A DNA stretch of 64,000 nucleotides from an uncultured Dehalococcoidales bacterium (GTDB lineage Bacteria > Chloroflexota > Dehalococcoidia > GIF9 > AB-539-J10), in contig CAZZHQ010000002.1 in assembly GCA_964654015.1 (NCBI GenBank), positions 21,702 to 85,701 on the forward strand, in the 5' to 3' direction. The first letter of the stretch is position 1. Each line of letters starts with the position of its first letter. A model generated the notes under the pieces. It was not told where the DNA came from. It did not search any database and saw only the letters and a program-made list of their open reading frames with translations. Below are positions 47,273 through 57,324 of the stretch, one piece after another. A program made the translations under genes and the position numbers.

Positions 47273-48514
47273 TTGGATAAAATGAAAATTCTGATGGTGT
47301 CAGATACTTATCCTCCCATTACAGGTGGTTTGGGAAGGCATGTTCAATTATTAAGCCGAGAGCTGATTAAAAAGGGTCATGAGGTTGTTGTTTTCACAGT
47401 ATGTTATCCAGATTTACCTGAATATGAAGAAAAGGCTGGGGTAAAGAGTTATAGATCGCAGGGCTTCTTCCAAAGAAGCCCTTTTTTGTATAAAGATGTA
47501 AATAACAAGAAACCCGCTCCTATTTGTGATTGGTTAATTTCAAAAAAACTGAAGCAAGTAATCAAAGATGAGAAACCAGATATTGTGCATGCTCACGGCT
47601 GGATTATCTATTCTGTACTCCCATTAAAAAAGGAACTTGAGATCCCTTTAGCAGCCACTCTCCACGATTATGGTCTTATTTGCCCAAAGACCACTTTGCT
47701 ACGAGAAAATACCATATGTAATGAGCCTTTCACTAGCAAGTGTCTGAACTGTGGGAAAAGCCAATATGGAGTTGTCAAATCACTGGCTACTTATTTGGGG
47801 ATTAAAATGAACAAAGTAAAGCTGAATAAAGTGGATAAATTTATTGCTGGAAGTACTTTCGCGAAGAATGTCTATTCTCAATATTCAGAACTAAATAATA
47901 AAGATATAGCAATCATTCCCAATTTTTATACTATTGAACCAGGATATGAAAATCAAGTAAATGAAAGACTTCCAAAAGATTTTATCTTGTTTGTTGGTGC
48001 CTTGATGCCGGATAAAGGAGTTGATATCTTAATTAAGGCTTACTTGAAGCAGAAGACTGAAACAAAACTGGTTTTAATTGGAGCCAGGCATCCAGAATAT
48101 GACTATAAGAAAACAGAAAACATATGGATAATAGAAAATGCTTCCAGGGAGTTGCTTATGGACGCCTATCAGAGATGCCAATTTGCAGTATTCCCTTCAA
48201 TGTTGTTTGAAACCTGTTCTATGGTTGCCCTCGAAGCTATGAGCCATAAAAAAGCAATAATTGTCAGTGATAGGGGTGGCTTTCCTGATATTGTTGAAGA
48301 TCAAGTAACAGGAATCCTGGTTTTGCCACATAATCTTACAGCCCTGTCGGATGCTCTAACATATTTATTTGCAAACCCGAATACTGCTAATGCTATGGGA
48401 TACAAAGGCTATGACCGATGGTGGCACAATTTTAGTCCGGAAGTTATTGTACCCAAAATCGAAAGCTTATATAAATCGCTTATGCATGATAACCACACAA
48501 CTACTGTAATATAG
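47273..48514 (+). CDS. Family 4 glycosyltransferase
   Basis: MKILMVSDTYPPITGGLGRHV (ATG at 47282) with the C-terminal FPS..E...MV.LEAM pattern. Confidence 0.8.
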   Translation: MDKMKILMVSDTYPPITGGLGRHVQLLSRELIKKGHEVVVFTVCYPDLPEYEEKAGVKSYRSQGFFQRSPFLYKDVNNKKPAPICDWLISKKLKQVIKDEKPDIVHAHGWIIYSVLPLKKELEIPLAATLHDYGLICPKTTLLRENTICNEPFTSKCLNCGKSQYGVVKSLATYLGIKMNKVKLNKVDKFIAGSTFAKNVYSQYSELNNKDIAIIPNFYTIEPGYENQVNERLPKDFILFVGALMPDKGVDILIKAYLKQKTETKLVLIGARHPEYDYKKTENIWIIENASRELLMDAYQRCQFAVFPSMLFETCSMVALEAMSHKKAIIVSDRGGFPDIVEDQVTGILVLPHNLTALSDALTYLFANPNTANAMGYKGYDRWWHNFSPEVIVPKIESLYKSLMHDNHTTTVI

Positions 48515-48597
48515 TCGAGCAAAATTAAATAGCTGCTTGGATATAAGCATAGCTGGAGTAGTTTTGTATAGCGAAAGGTAACAGTGAAGGAGGTATC

Positions 48598-49077
48598 ATG
48601 ACAGGGAGGGAAATTCTGTATAAATATATAGGTTATATAAGAGCGGGCCATAATTCAGGTAGTAAATTGAGGCTCGCAATTAATGTTGCGGCGTGGAGTA
48701 CAAACTGTGACTTGAATTACTATCAGGGAAGGGTATCATCAACAGGGCGTATCAGGAAGGATGCGGGTAAAAAAAGTATAGAGGTCAACGGAAGAAGCCT
48801 GGATAGCTTGTTGGAAGAGTTAAATAGGGAGATACCTGCAAACTGGATAAAGATAGACGTGGAAGGTGCTGAGCTTGAAGTGCTGAGGGGGCTTAATAAG
48901 ACATTATGTTTTAATAGTCCCAGGTTATTTATTGAAGTTATTAATGATAATGAAGTTGAGTTTGAAAACTATATGCACACACTTAATTATAACTATTACA
49001 TCATTCCTGAATCTATAGCGGAAGATCTTAAATACTATTATTGCTGGAGAAATTCTGAACGTAAAATAGGGAGGTAG
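48598..49077 (+). CDS. FkbM-family methyltransferase domain protein, short form lacking the N-terminal SAM-binding part
   Basis: WIKIDVEGAELEVLRG is the FkbM hallmark. No GxGxG-type SAM motif is seen in the 159 aa. Confidence 0.55.
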   Translation: MTGREILYKYIGYIRAGHNSGSKLRLAINVAAWSTNCDLNYYQGRVSSTGRIRKDAGKKSIEVNGRSLDSLLEELNREIPANWIKIDVEGAELEVLRGLNKTLCFNSPRLFIEVINDNEVEFENYMHTLNYNYYIIPESIAEDLKYYYCWRNSERKIGR

Positions 49078-49081
49078 TCTG

Positions 49082-50209
49082 GTGCACATAGGATTTGTTG
49101 CCATGGGCATGGCAGAAGAAAAGAAAACGGGGATAGAGTATTACTTCACAAATTTGCTGAAAAGTCTGGCCAGGATTGATTCTGAGAATAAATATACTGT
49201 TTATATGGATAGAGCTGTTCCTGAGAGTTTAGCTATAAAGCAGGACAACTTCAGCACCAGAATATTGACGGGGCCTCCTGTGTTCTGGAGACAGACGAGG
49301 CTGACAGCAGAGATGCTCTTTCACAGCCCGGATGTGCTTTATTCTCCTACACCTTCACTGCCGCTGTATCATCCTTGTAGAATCGTGACTACTGTTCATG
49401 ACGTTATTCCATTAGTGGAAAAAGATTATAGTGGCTTCCTCTGGCGAGTTGCTTTTAAAAGACAATGTTCATATGCAGTCAAATATGCTCACAGGATTAT
49501 TGCCATTTCTGAATCAACAAAAAGTGAGATAACTAAATTCTTTGATGTTAATGCTGAGAAGATATCTGTTATTTACCAGGCATATGATTCTGATATTTAT
49601 AAACCTGAAAATGACTCATTAAAAATAAAAAGAGTAAATCAGCGTTATAGTATTTTTAGCAATTATATTCTTTATGTTGGCACTTTAAATCCACATAAAA
49701 ATATCGAGAGATTGGTTCAAGCCTTCGGTCGACTCAAAGCAGTAGGAAAGATAGAGCATAAATTAGTTATTGCTGGCAAATCTGGTTTGCATCATGAGCG
49801 GATTATTAAAATGGCGAGCCAGCTTGCTTTGGAAAAAGAAATTATCTTTACCGGGTATGTTCCACGGAGTGACTTACCTGTTCTGATGAGTGGGGCAGAT
49901 TTATTTGTATTCCCCTCTCTCTATGAAGGATTTGGAATCCCACCACTGGAGGCTATGGCCTGTGGCGTCCCTGTTGTGGTTTCTGACAGCTATTCCTTAC
50001 CCGAAGTGGTAGGTGATGCTGCTGTTATGGTTGACCCCTATAATGTGGAATCAATAGCTAACGGGATATATGAAGTTTTATCCAATGCAGAATTTAACAG
50101 CCAATTGCGTAAAAAAGGATTAGAAAGAGCAAAATTGTTCTCATGGGAAAAGACAGCACGAGAAACGCTTCAACTATTGGAGGACGTATACCGGAGCCCC
50201 AGACAATAG
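49082..50209 (+). CDS. Family 4 glycosyltransferase
   Basis: ILYVGTLNPHKN...FVFPSLYEGFGIPPLEAMACGVPVVVSD (E-x7-E region). GTG start. Confidence 0.85.
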   Translation: MHIGFVAMGMAEEKKTGIEYYFTNLLKSLARIDSENKYTVYMDRAVPESLAIKQDNFSTRILTGPPVFWRQTRLTAEMLFHSPDVLYSPTPSLPLYHPCRIVTTVHDVIPLVEKDYSGFLWRVAFKRQCSYAVKYAHRIIAISESTKSEITKFFDVNAEKISVIYQAYDSDIYKPENDSLKIKRVNQRYSIFSNYILYVGTLNPHKNIERLVQAFGRLKAVGKIEHKLVIAGKSGLHHERIIKMASQLALEKEIIFTGYVPRSDLPVLMSGADLFVFPSLYEGFGIPPLEAMACGVPVVVSDSYSLPEVVGDAAVMVDPYNVESIANGIYEVLSNAEFNSQLRKKGLERAKLFSWEKTARETLQLLEDVYRSPRQ

Positions 50210-50397
50210 GATAGTCGGTAGAAACTAAATGGCAATTGATTTAATTGATGCTTTATTAACGTTGCCGTCGCTGTATACTCTGTAGAACGTATCGGCTTTA
50301 AGGGCGATGAATATAATAATACTTGGATAAAGATGCTTTGCGTAGAATTTACGGAATTTAATAAGCTGGAGCGAAGGTTATCATTGTGAGTTGAAGC

Positions 50398-52239
50398 ATG
50401 CCTGTAAATATTAATTTAAAAAGATGGTCACTAATCATATTAGGGCTAATATTAACAATCGCGCTTGTTATACTCGTTTGGAATAAAGAACCTACTATCT
50501 ATCCCTATCTTTTTGTGTCTATTGCCCTGTCTGTCCTGATAACCTTTTCCATTATTGGCTGTTATAAAGGCATTATAGATAGATCATCGACAATAGTTTT
50601 GATTTTCATGATATTTCTGTTTCTCCGTAATGTGCAATTTATTGCTACTCAATATATGGCGCTGACTCCGGATGATGTTACTTTTGAATATAGTGTAATA
50701 AAATATTTCTCAGAGGCGAACAGGATATTTGTTATTCCAAACTCACCATTTTCCAACATGCTAAGCTGGTATTCCTCATGGCCATTATTGCATTCGTTAT
50801 CCATGATTTTTTCCAGTGTTCTGGATATTAATATAGCTTTAATACCGGTACTTCTTCCTTCAGTATTTAGTACTATCGGTTTTCTGTTTACCTATCTTAT
50901 CGTCAACAGGCTTGTTGTAGATTTAAAATTAAACAATGTGATAGTCCCTCTATCACTATTGCTCTATTCTATAGCCCCGGAAGCAATATACTTTGGATTT
51001 AAATTTGTACGCAACTCGCTGGCGGCAGTATTTATTTTAATGGGATTTCACTTACTATATAGATATTACCGTTGCCATGATTCCAGAGTACTCGGGCTAA
51101 TTGTTCTTAACACATTTGTAATTGTATTAACCCATCATTATTCATCTTTTATCTATACGGCATTTTTATTGGCCATAGCTACTTTATCTTTTATCGTAGC
51201 CATGGTGCTGAACGTGAAGAGCAGGCTTAAACAGATAACCATAATATCGGACATGAAGAAGGAAGCTGTCATCACTGGCGTTGTAGGCTTGTTATCAGTA
51301 GGCCTTGTAGTTATATGGTGGAGCCAAGTAGGAACAATAATCCAGGAAGTTGCCAGTGGAGTTACAGGTAAAATTACACAGTCTGTTTTTTCAGGAATTA
51401 GGCAAATTGGGCCTGAAATCCTTGAAGCCTTTTATCCTGAACAGCTAACTCCTTCATGGATTAAACTGCTCTGGATAAGAGATGTATTAGTATATATACC
51501 TGTATTTTATGGTTTTATCTGGCTGATCAGGCAGGCAATTATTAAGAAGGCGGTTGATTATTCTTGGGGGAAAGGATTCTGGTTTCTGATTTTATCACTG
51601 GTCAGTTTTGGGTTGTTTTTCCTATTCGAATTATTCGTCAGTCATGTGGAGACTTTCCGTATCGTTCTATTGTGCCTGCCATTAGTGGTGATCTGTAGTG
51701 CAATTATGTATGAAAAGATGATTAGCTATAAGAGAATTTATAGGGGATTGGCTTTCATTGCATTAGCCTTCTCTTTGGTTTGCAGCAGTCTTGGCCTCTG
51801 GGGCCATAGATATGCTCCCATTGATTTGTATTGCGCCAGTGTTACTGGTCGGGAAGCTGGAGAGCCAATGATTATTGACAACAGGCATTATGAGCTACAG
51901 GAATTTGTTATGGAGAACGAACTGGATAAAACGTACAGTGGAATACTTAGTGATGATAACAGCTTGTTGTATAGATTATTATCTCCGCAGGAATACCTAA
52001 AAATCGGCCCCAATGGAGCTGTTTTATATGTAGAATTGAACAGGGCTATCAGTGAAGGAGATAATACACTTGTAATAAATTATGACTCAAATTTTTATTC
52101 TCACTATTGGGGAGGGTACCCTGCTATAGAATTGGATATGGTTGACGAATTATTAGCAGATTACCATACTAAACTCGAAGCCTGTTTGAACAAGATATAT
52201 AACAGCGGATTTGAGGTTTATTGCATGCCCTCAAAATAG
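50398..52239 (+). CDS. Large polytopic membrane protein with a C-terminal soluble domain (putative glycan polymerase or GT-C-like)
   Basis: 613 aa with many TM segments. Its overall plan resembles 41222-42940. Confidence 0.45.
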   Translation: MPVNINLKRWSLIILGLILTIALVILVWNKEPTIYPYLFVSIALSVLITFSIIGCYKGIIDRSSTIVLIFMIFLFLRNVQFIATQYMALTPDDVTFEYSVIKYFSEANRIFVIPNSPFSNMLSWYSSWPLLHSLSMIFSSVLDINIALIPVLLPSVFSTIGFLFTYLIVNRLVVDLKLNNVIVPLSLLLYSIAPEAIYFGFKFVRNSLAAVFILMGFHLLYRYYRCHDSRVLGLIVLNTFVIVLTHHYSSFIYTAFLLAIATLSFIVAMVLNVKSRLKQITIISDMKKEAVITGVVGLLSVGLVVIWWSQVGTIIQEVASGVTGKITQSVFSGIRQIGPEILEAFYPEQLTPSWIKLLWIRDVLVYIPVFYGFIWLIRQAIIKKAVDYSWGKGFWFLILSLVSFGLFFLFELFVSHVETFRIVLLCLPLVVICSAIMYEKMISYKRIYRGLAFIALAFSLVCSSLGLWGHRYAPIDLYCASVTGREAGEPMIIDNRHYELQEFVMENELDKTYSGILSDDNSLLYRLLSPQEYLKIGPNGAVLYVELNRAISEGDNTLVINYDSNFYSHYWGGYPAIELDMVDELLADYHTKLEACLNKIYNSGFEVYCMPSK

Positions 52240-52539
52240 ATAGTACTACATATGTGGAAGTTTGATTTACTAATAGCTGCGACCTCCTCGCACTTTAGGA
52301 GAGAGGAAGCAGGGGAAAATATCCTCGGTTGTCCAAATACGAGAGCCAGTAGTATTTATGAGTTGGCTGTTGCTTTTGTCTGCTTAAACAGGTAATTGGA
52401 CCATGATCTCAAGCTAAACAATCTACCCTGAGCCATCGTCATCCCGCCATGGCATAGACTATTTACAGCGGAATTTATAGACATATTTTCCCGAAGGTTT
52501 GTCCCTTCCTCAATGGTCATACTAATCAATCTACTCAAG

Positions 52540-53364
52540 TTATTTTTCCTTCACTGCCTTCACTGCTAAATAACGCCCGGTCAGGTATTTTGCATTTCGG
52601 CCCTCTAACTGTTCCAGATAAGCCAGGGTTTTTCTAATAGCATTATCAAGTTTGCCTTTGCTCACCCTGCGCAGGGAACTCTCAATCCATCTTACCAGGC
52701 CATCAGGATGTGGGTAATGGAGAATTACAGTGCTATCTTCCACGTTAAGCCCGATTTCCTCCAGGGCACGCCTCAGTTTGGTAAAAGAAAGAGTTCTGCC
52801 AATGAAATACGGCGATAGCCCCAGGCGCATCCAGAGACGAGTAAATATATAGGGGGGGTAAGTCAGGTTGCTCTTGTTATCTATAGTAAGGATAAGTATG
52901 CCACCCGATTGGAGGACACGCGCTAGTTCCTTCAGGGCAGTAATAATATCTGCCTCGCTGGAAAAGTGGTCAAGGGTGGAGTCAGAGATAATGAGGTCAA
53001 TAGAATTATCCTGGATGGGCAGATGTCTGACATCGCAGCAAATATATCTACTGTCATCAACGTTGTGTTGTCTGGCTTGATTTTTAGCCCGGGCTACTAT
53101 TTCTCTGGATACATCTACCCCCACTACGTTACTGCTGGTTTTTACTACGTCAAATAAGAACTGTTCCTGACCGAAGGCTTCAGCAAAAAGGTCGGTCTTT
53201 AAAATCCTGTGATTATTGGTTACATCAGCCCATCTGGCTATCAGACCAAGGTAGGTCTTTCTCTTGTGTATAGCCAGGAGTTCATTAGAATAGCCCTTAA
53301 GAGACCATCCCATAGCGACCTGGTTCCAATGCTCAGCCTCCTTAAGTGGCATACGCAACCTCAT
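52540..53364 (-). CDS. Class I SAM-dependent methyltransferase
   Basis: VVGVDVS...IDLIISDSTLDHF...VLQSGGILILTI motifs. Confidence 0.8.
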   Translation of the reverse strand: MRLRMPLKEAEHWNQVAMGWSLKGYSNELLAIHKRKTYLGLIARWADVTNNHRILKTDLFAEAFGQEQFLFDVVKTSSNVVGVDVSREIVARAKNQARQHNVDDSRYICCDVRHLPIQDNSIDLIISDSTLDHFSSEADIITALKELARVLQSGGILILTIDNKSNLTYPPYIFTRLWMRLGLSPYFIGRTLSFTKLRRALEEIGLNVEDSTVILHYPHPDGLVRWIESSLRRVSKGKLDNAIRKTLAYLEQLEGRNAKYLTGRYLAVKAVKEK

Positions 53365-53505
53365 TTAGTATTTTTTGGGAAAGTTTCATAAATTTCTATA
53401 TTCTATCATTTGCCTTAAGTATGCTGGAATACCCGGACTCAATTATCAGTGACAATCATAATAGTTGCGAAATCTCAATACTAATCAGGCAAACAAACTT
53501 ATCCT

Positions 53506-54705
53506 TCAAGGTTTCCTCATAGCGCTTATCAGATAGCCAAATAACAGGCATAATACATGAAGGCTCAGGTTAATTGCGCGAATAAAGTAAGGAATAGGGT
53601 CATCCCATGCCATTACTGAGTGTATCTTTCTAGCCTTCAATGTCTTGAAGACCTCTAAGAAACCGATATTATGACGTTTTAGATGTATCAAACAGGAGAG
53701 TATGTCAACGAAATCATCTACCCACAAAACGTTGTTTTGGGGGAAAATTGATTTATTCACAGTCTGTCCAGTAAGATCGAGGTAGGCTATGTATTCAATA
53801 TCCGCGCCACAGGCGGCTGCCAGCCTGTTTTGCAACGTTGTTCGTGCATTGATTTCTATTAGTTTATACTCGCCATCGCGAGGGTCTTTTTTCAGCTCTG
53901 CTTCAGCAAATCCGTAGTATCCTATCGACTTAAGCAACCAGGTACCTTGCTCGATTACGGAAGATCTCCAACTGCTTTTGCAGAACGACCCCGAGCCAAA
54001 GTCAGGCGGATACTGTCTTACCTTGTCCCACCCACAAATTCCCAGGGGCTCTTGTTTTCTATTGAGGTAAGTGTAAAACGCGTATATCTCTTTTCCGGGG
54101 ACTATTTCCTGTATCAAAACTCCCAGATTCTTGCCTCTTAACCTGTCAATTGCCCAATTAAGCTCTCGAAGAGAGGTTATTACGAAGCATTTTCTGCCAA
54201 ACTTTTCCTGGAAGGGTGAAGAATAGTCCGGCTTGATAATGTATGGATAAGCAGTTTCCTGGCCAATCGATTGTAACTCGGCAAGACTTTCAGGGAAGTA
54301 GGTCGGTGGATGAGGAATTTGCATTTCTGCAAGCAATTTATAAAAAATCCTTTTGTTTACCAGCTTTTGGACAACATCATGACCTGGCACGGGAAGAAAA
54401 TAGAACTGCTCCAGCTCGTTTTTATATTTTGAAAGAGCCAGCACCTCCAGGTCTCCAGTAGGGATTATAATCATTCTGCTATCGATTTGTTGACCAAAAT
54501 GCAACAAATCGTTTACAAATTCTGTCTCCGACTCCATTAAGTTTTTGGTCTTTAAATGGCGATTGATATATCTGGAGTGCCTGACCATGGAGGCTTGTTG
54601 CGAATCAAGACAAATTACAGGAATGCCGCGTCTTCCAAAAGCTCTAATTAAACCTAAACCTGCATTTATTATTACTGCTGTTGAATGGTTGCGGTCGGAT
54701 TTCAT
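53506..54705 (-). CDS. ATP-grasp family ligase
   Basis: AVIINAGLGLIRAFGRRGIPV at the N-terminus, YIIKPD, and an ELKKDPRDGEYKLIEINAR ATP-grasp C-terminal motif. I place the start at the ATG at 54705. The longer ORF to 54948 overlaps the divergent promoter region. Confidence 0.7.
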   Translation of the reverse strand: MKSDRNHSTAVIINAGLGLIRAFGRRGIPVICLDSQQASMVRHSRYINRHLKTKNLMESETEFVNDLLHFGQQIDSRMIIIPTGDLEVLALSKYKNELEQFYFLPVPGHDVVQKLVNKRIFYKLLAEMQIPHPPTYFPESLAELQSIGQETAYPYIIKPDYSSPFQEKFGRKCFVITSLRELNWAIDRLRGKNLGVLIQEIVPGKEIYAFYTYLNRKQEPLGICGWDKVRQYPPDFGSGSFCKSSWRSSVIEQGTWLLKSIGYYGFAEAELKKDPRDGEYKLIEINARTTLQNRLAAACGADIEYIAYLDLTGQTVNKSIFPQNNVLWVDDFVDILSCLIHLKRHNIGFLEVFKTLKARKIHSVMAWDDPIPYFIRAINLSLHVLCLLFGYLISAMRKP

Positions 54706-54807
54706 TTCACTATTATATATTATAGTTGTCTGACGTAATGTGTAGATTACAAAGGAAATAGCGAACAAGTATTTTGCTATATAATACCTGGGGACTGATA
54801 AAAAACG

Positions 54808-55488
54808 ATGATATATTACCAGAGAGCGTTGTTTGATAGGGCAAAGGCTATCCTTCGGACCGAGGGATTGCTGCCCCTGCTCAGCCGAGGATTTGATTTC
54901 CTGGCGAGATGCCTGTTTCGCTATAGAACTTTTTATCTTTACGAGCATATGGTCAAGGAGAAAAATGAGGCTGACTTTATGCCGAACTTACAAAATCTGA
55001 CTGTTCATATAGTGTCTTCAAATCAGCAGGCTGATGAGCTGGCTGCCAGTGGTTTTGATTGTCGCTCATATTCTGTTTATGCCAGGAGAAGGCTGGATAA
55101 AGGGGCAATCGCCGTTTGCACTTTTGTTAAGCAAGAGCTTGCCAGTATTGTCTGGGGGGCTATGACCAAGGAGGCTAAGAAAACCGTCGATTTTCTACCC
55201 TACCACGTTGATTTTGTGAACAAAGTGGCATGCACCGGCGGTACCCAAACAATTCCTAAATACCGGCGAAGGGGTCTGATGACATACGGCTTTTTCAAAA
55301 TGCTTCAATTTCTGGGGGAACAGGGAATAGTGACATCAAGAAATGCGGTACGTACCGGCAATATTGCTTCCCTGACGGTACATAACAGGTTTGACCACAG
55401 AATATATGCCAGGGCACGCTACTTGAGAATCCTGTGGTGGCAATCATGGAAGGAAACATCACTTGTGCCGGTCGATAAGTCAGATTAG
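54808..55488 (+). CDS. GNAT-like acyltransferase (weak assignment)
   Basis: The YRRRGLMTY segment resembles GNAT motif A. It is divergent from the ATP-grasp gene. Confidence 0.4.
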   Translation: MIYYQRALFDRAKAILRTEGLLPLLSRGFDFLARCLFRYRTFYLYEHMVKEKNEADFMPNLQNLTVHIVSSNQQADELAASGFDCRSYSVYARRRLDKGAIAVCTFVKQELASIVWGAMTKEAKKTVDFLPYHVDFVNKVACTGGTQTIPKYRRRGLMTYGFFKMLQFLGEQGIVTSRNAVRTGNIASLTVHNRFDHRIYARARYLRILWWQSWKETSLVPVDKSD

Positions 55489-55557
55489 CTTGATGTTGAT
55501 TTTTACTCCTTTTTTATACCTGCTGAGAGACCTTTTCAGGGACTGGAACAGCATAAC

Positions 55558-56730
55558 ATGCAAAGAGCAGTGATAAGAGTTATAACGGACTTGAAAGGAT
55601 TTGAGTCGCTATCGGCAACCTGGAACAGCCTTCTATCAAAGTGTCAGGATGATAATTCAGTTTTTTTTACCTATGAGTGGTTATGGACATGGTGGAGGCA
55701 TTTCGGGGATGGAAAGAAGCTGAACATACTACTAATTGAAAAGGAAGGCCAGACCATTGGTATTGTTCCGCTGATGAAGGTGGAGTATAAGATAGGCCCG
55801 ATTAAGTTTCATATTCTGGAGAAGATTAGCTTAACAAGTTGCAATTATGTGTGGCTGACCAGACCAGAAAATAGGCAGGAAGTTATAACCGCAGTCCTGA
55901 CTTATTTGAAAGAGGAACTGTCTAAGAACAAACTTGCCTTGAGACTCACTCTGGTGCCTGAAGATAGTAAATTTCTCGATCTCCTACGCACGCATACCTC
56001 ACTAGTTTCAGAGGAGTTGGTTATTCAGGAAAGGATAACGACTGCAGCGCCATACATAACGCTACCCACAACCTGGGATGAGTACTTTCGTTCGCTAAGT
56101 CAAAGAAGGAGGCAGAAGTTACGAGCCCTGGAAAAATCCCACAATGTTGAGTTCAAGCAGTTTGATGCAGATTCTCTAGAAGAAGGGCTGGATGTATTTA
56201 TTGACCTTCACCAGAGGAGATGGCAGTCCGCCAATATTAGAGGTGTATTCTCCACTCCTAAAATGAAGGAGTTCTATAGGGATATTGCCAGCCAGTTCCT
56301 GAAGAGAAACTGGCTGCACTTTTCCTGGATGACAATAGATAATGAGATAGTGTCCGGAGAATATGGATGTGTCTATAACAGGAAATTTTATGCTGTCACC
56401 AAGGCCCGTGACACCCGCTATCCAAAGTACAGTGTGGGACACCTGCATGAGATATACTTAATAAAGTATGCGATTAACAATCACCTGAAAGAATTTGATT
56501 TCCTTCAAGGTGAGGAGCCATATAAATTTTACTGGACTAAATCAACCCGGAAATATATAGAGATTATAGTAATAAATAAAGGATATTTCCCAGGTCTGCG
56601 CATCAAATTTCTACATGTCTTTTTGCGTTTACACCAGATAAGGCAATATAGCTTGAGAGAAATTTACTCCCTGTATTTTATAAAAAGAAGAGAAAGAAAA
56701 GAGAAAAAGAAGATGGGATTAGATAAGTAG
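55558..56730 (+). CDS. CelD/BcsL / FemAB-like GNAT acyltransferase (Acetyltransf_6 type)
   Basis: The C-terminal FDFLQGEEPYKFYW is characteristic of this family. Confidence 0.65.
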   Translation: MQRAVIRVITDLKGFESLSATWNSLLSKCQDDNSVFFTYEWLWTWWRHFGDGKKLNILLIEKEGQTIGIVPLMKVEYKIGPIKFHILEKISLTSCNYVWLTRPENRQEVITAVLTYLKEELSKNKLALRLTLVPEDSKFLDLLRTHTSLVSEELVIQERITTAAPYITLPTTWDEYFRSLSQRRRQKLRALEKSHNVEFKQFDADSLEEGLDVFIDLHQRRWQSANIRGVFSTPKMKEFYRDIASQFLKRNWLHFSWMTIDNEIVSGEYGCVYNRKFYAVTKARDTRYPKYSVGHLHEIYLIKYAINNHLKEFDFLQGEEPYKFYWTKSTRKYIEIIVINKGYFPGLRIKFLHVFLRLHQIRQYSLREIYSLYFIKRRERKEKKKMGLDK

Positions 56731-56820
56731 CGGCTCCCATAACAATCTATTTACATCAGTCAGCCTTAGCCGTAGCTGTTTCCTCCGGGTGATGCCGTAT
56801 GTATTGATTTAGTTGTAACT

Positions 56821-56912
56821 TTATATATAGTGCTGTTTCTTCGGCAGAAGCTTTTTGGAGATGATAACATAGGCAGATAATACAGTTTCGGCTCCCAACC
56901 ATGCGCCGCTCG
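56821..56912 (-). pseudogene. Orphan diverged copy of the flippase gene 3' end
   Basis: Encodes ...GAWLGAETVLSAYVIISKKLLPKKQHYI*, compared with the flippase C-terminus YAWLGTHILVSIYIFASKKLLPKK* (57325-57410). It lies directly after the hicB stop. Confidence 0.8.
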
Positions 56913-56936
56913 TTATTAAATTCATCCGGGAATGAC

Positions 56937-57146
56937 TTATGCGTATACGAGCTTGCCCTTTGGAGTAGGTATTTCTCGTCCTAATCCTTTTGCGGTTTCT
57001 ATCCATTCAGAAATAACCGTTTGTACATTTCTCAGCGCTTCTTCATAGGTTGCCCCATCCGCCATGCATCCTGGGAGCTCAGGAACTTCAGCCACATATG
57101 CTTCATCTTCCTCACTCCAGTAAACAATCACCTCATATTTATACAT
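56937..57146 (-). CDS. hicB: HicB-family antitoxin
   Basis: YVAEVPELPGCMADGATYEEALRNVQTVISEWIE. AAGGAGG lies upstream. Confidence 0.85.
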   Translation of the reverse strand: MYKYEVIVYWSEEDEAYVAEVPELPGCMADGATYEEALRNVQTVISEWIETAKGLGREIPTPKGKLVYA

Positions 57147-57309
57147 CTTTAACCTCCTTATGGAGTTTGTACGCTAGAATTATACTCCTTACTTGTTTAA
57201 CCTGGTATGCTTTAGCCCTGCCATCTTTTAAGGGTTGTAAGTTAATAATTTCAACAATGCCAACCCTGGTAAAAATGTGATGGTCTCCTCTAATTATAAG
57301 TAATTTAAG
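57139..57309 (-). pseudogene. HicA-like toxin remnant lacking an N-terminus and start codon
   Basis: The frame opens directly after a TAG and encodes LKLLIIRGDHHIFTRVGIVEIINLQPLKDGRAKAYQVKQVRSII... The G.HH.F core is HicA-like. There is no ATG/GTG/TTG start. Its stop overlaps the hicB start. Confidence 0.4.
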
Positions 57310-57324
57310 CTACTTGAGCAATGG

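Noticed and set aside
50261-50300. A 16-nt match (ATACTCTGTAGA plus flanks) between the region upstream of the 613-aa membrane protein and the duplicated DUF1616 gene start (28275 and 36678).
   Set aside because: A match this short can arise by chance in 64 kb on both strands. The similarity does not extend convincingly into the flanks.
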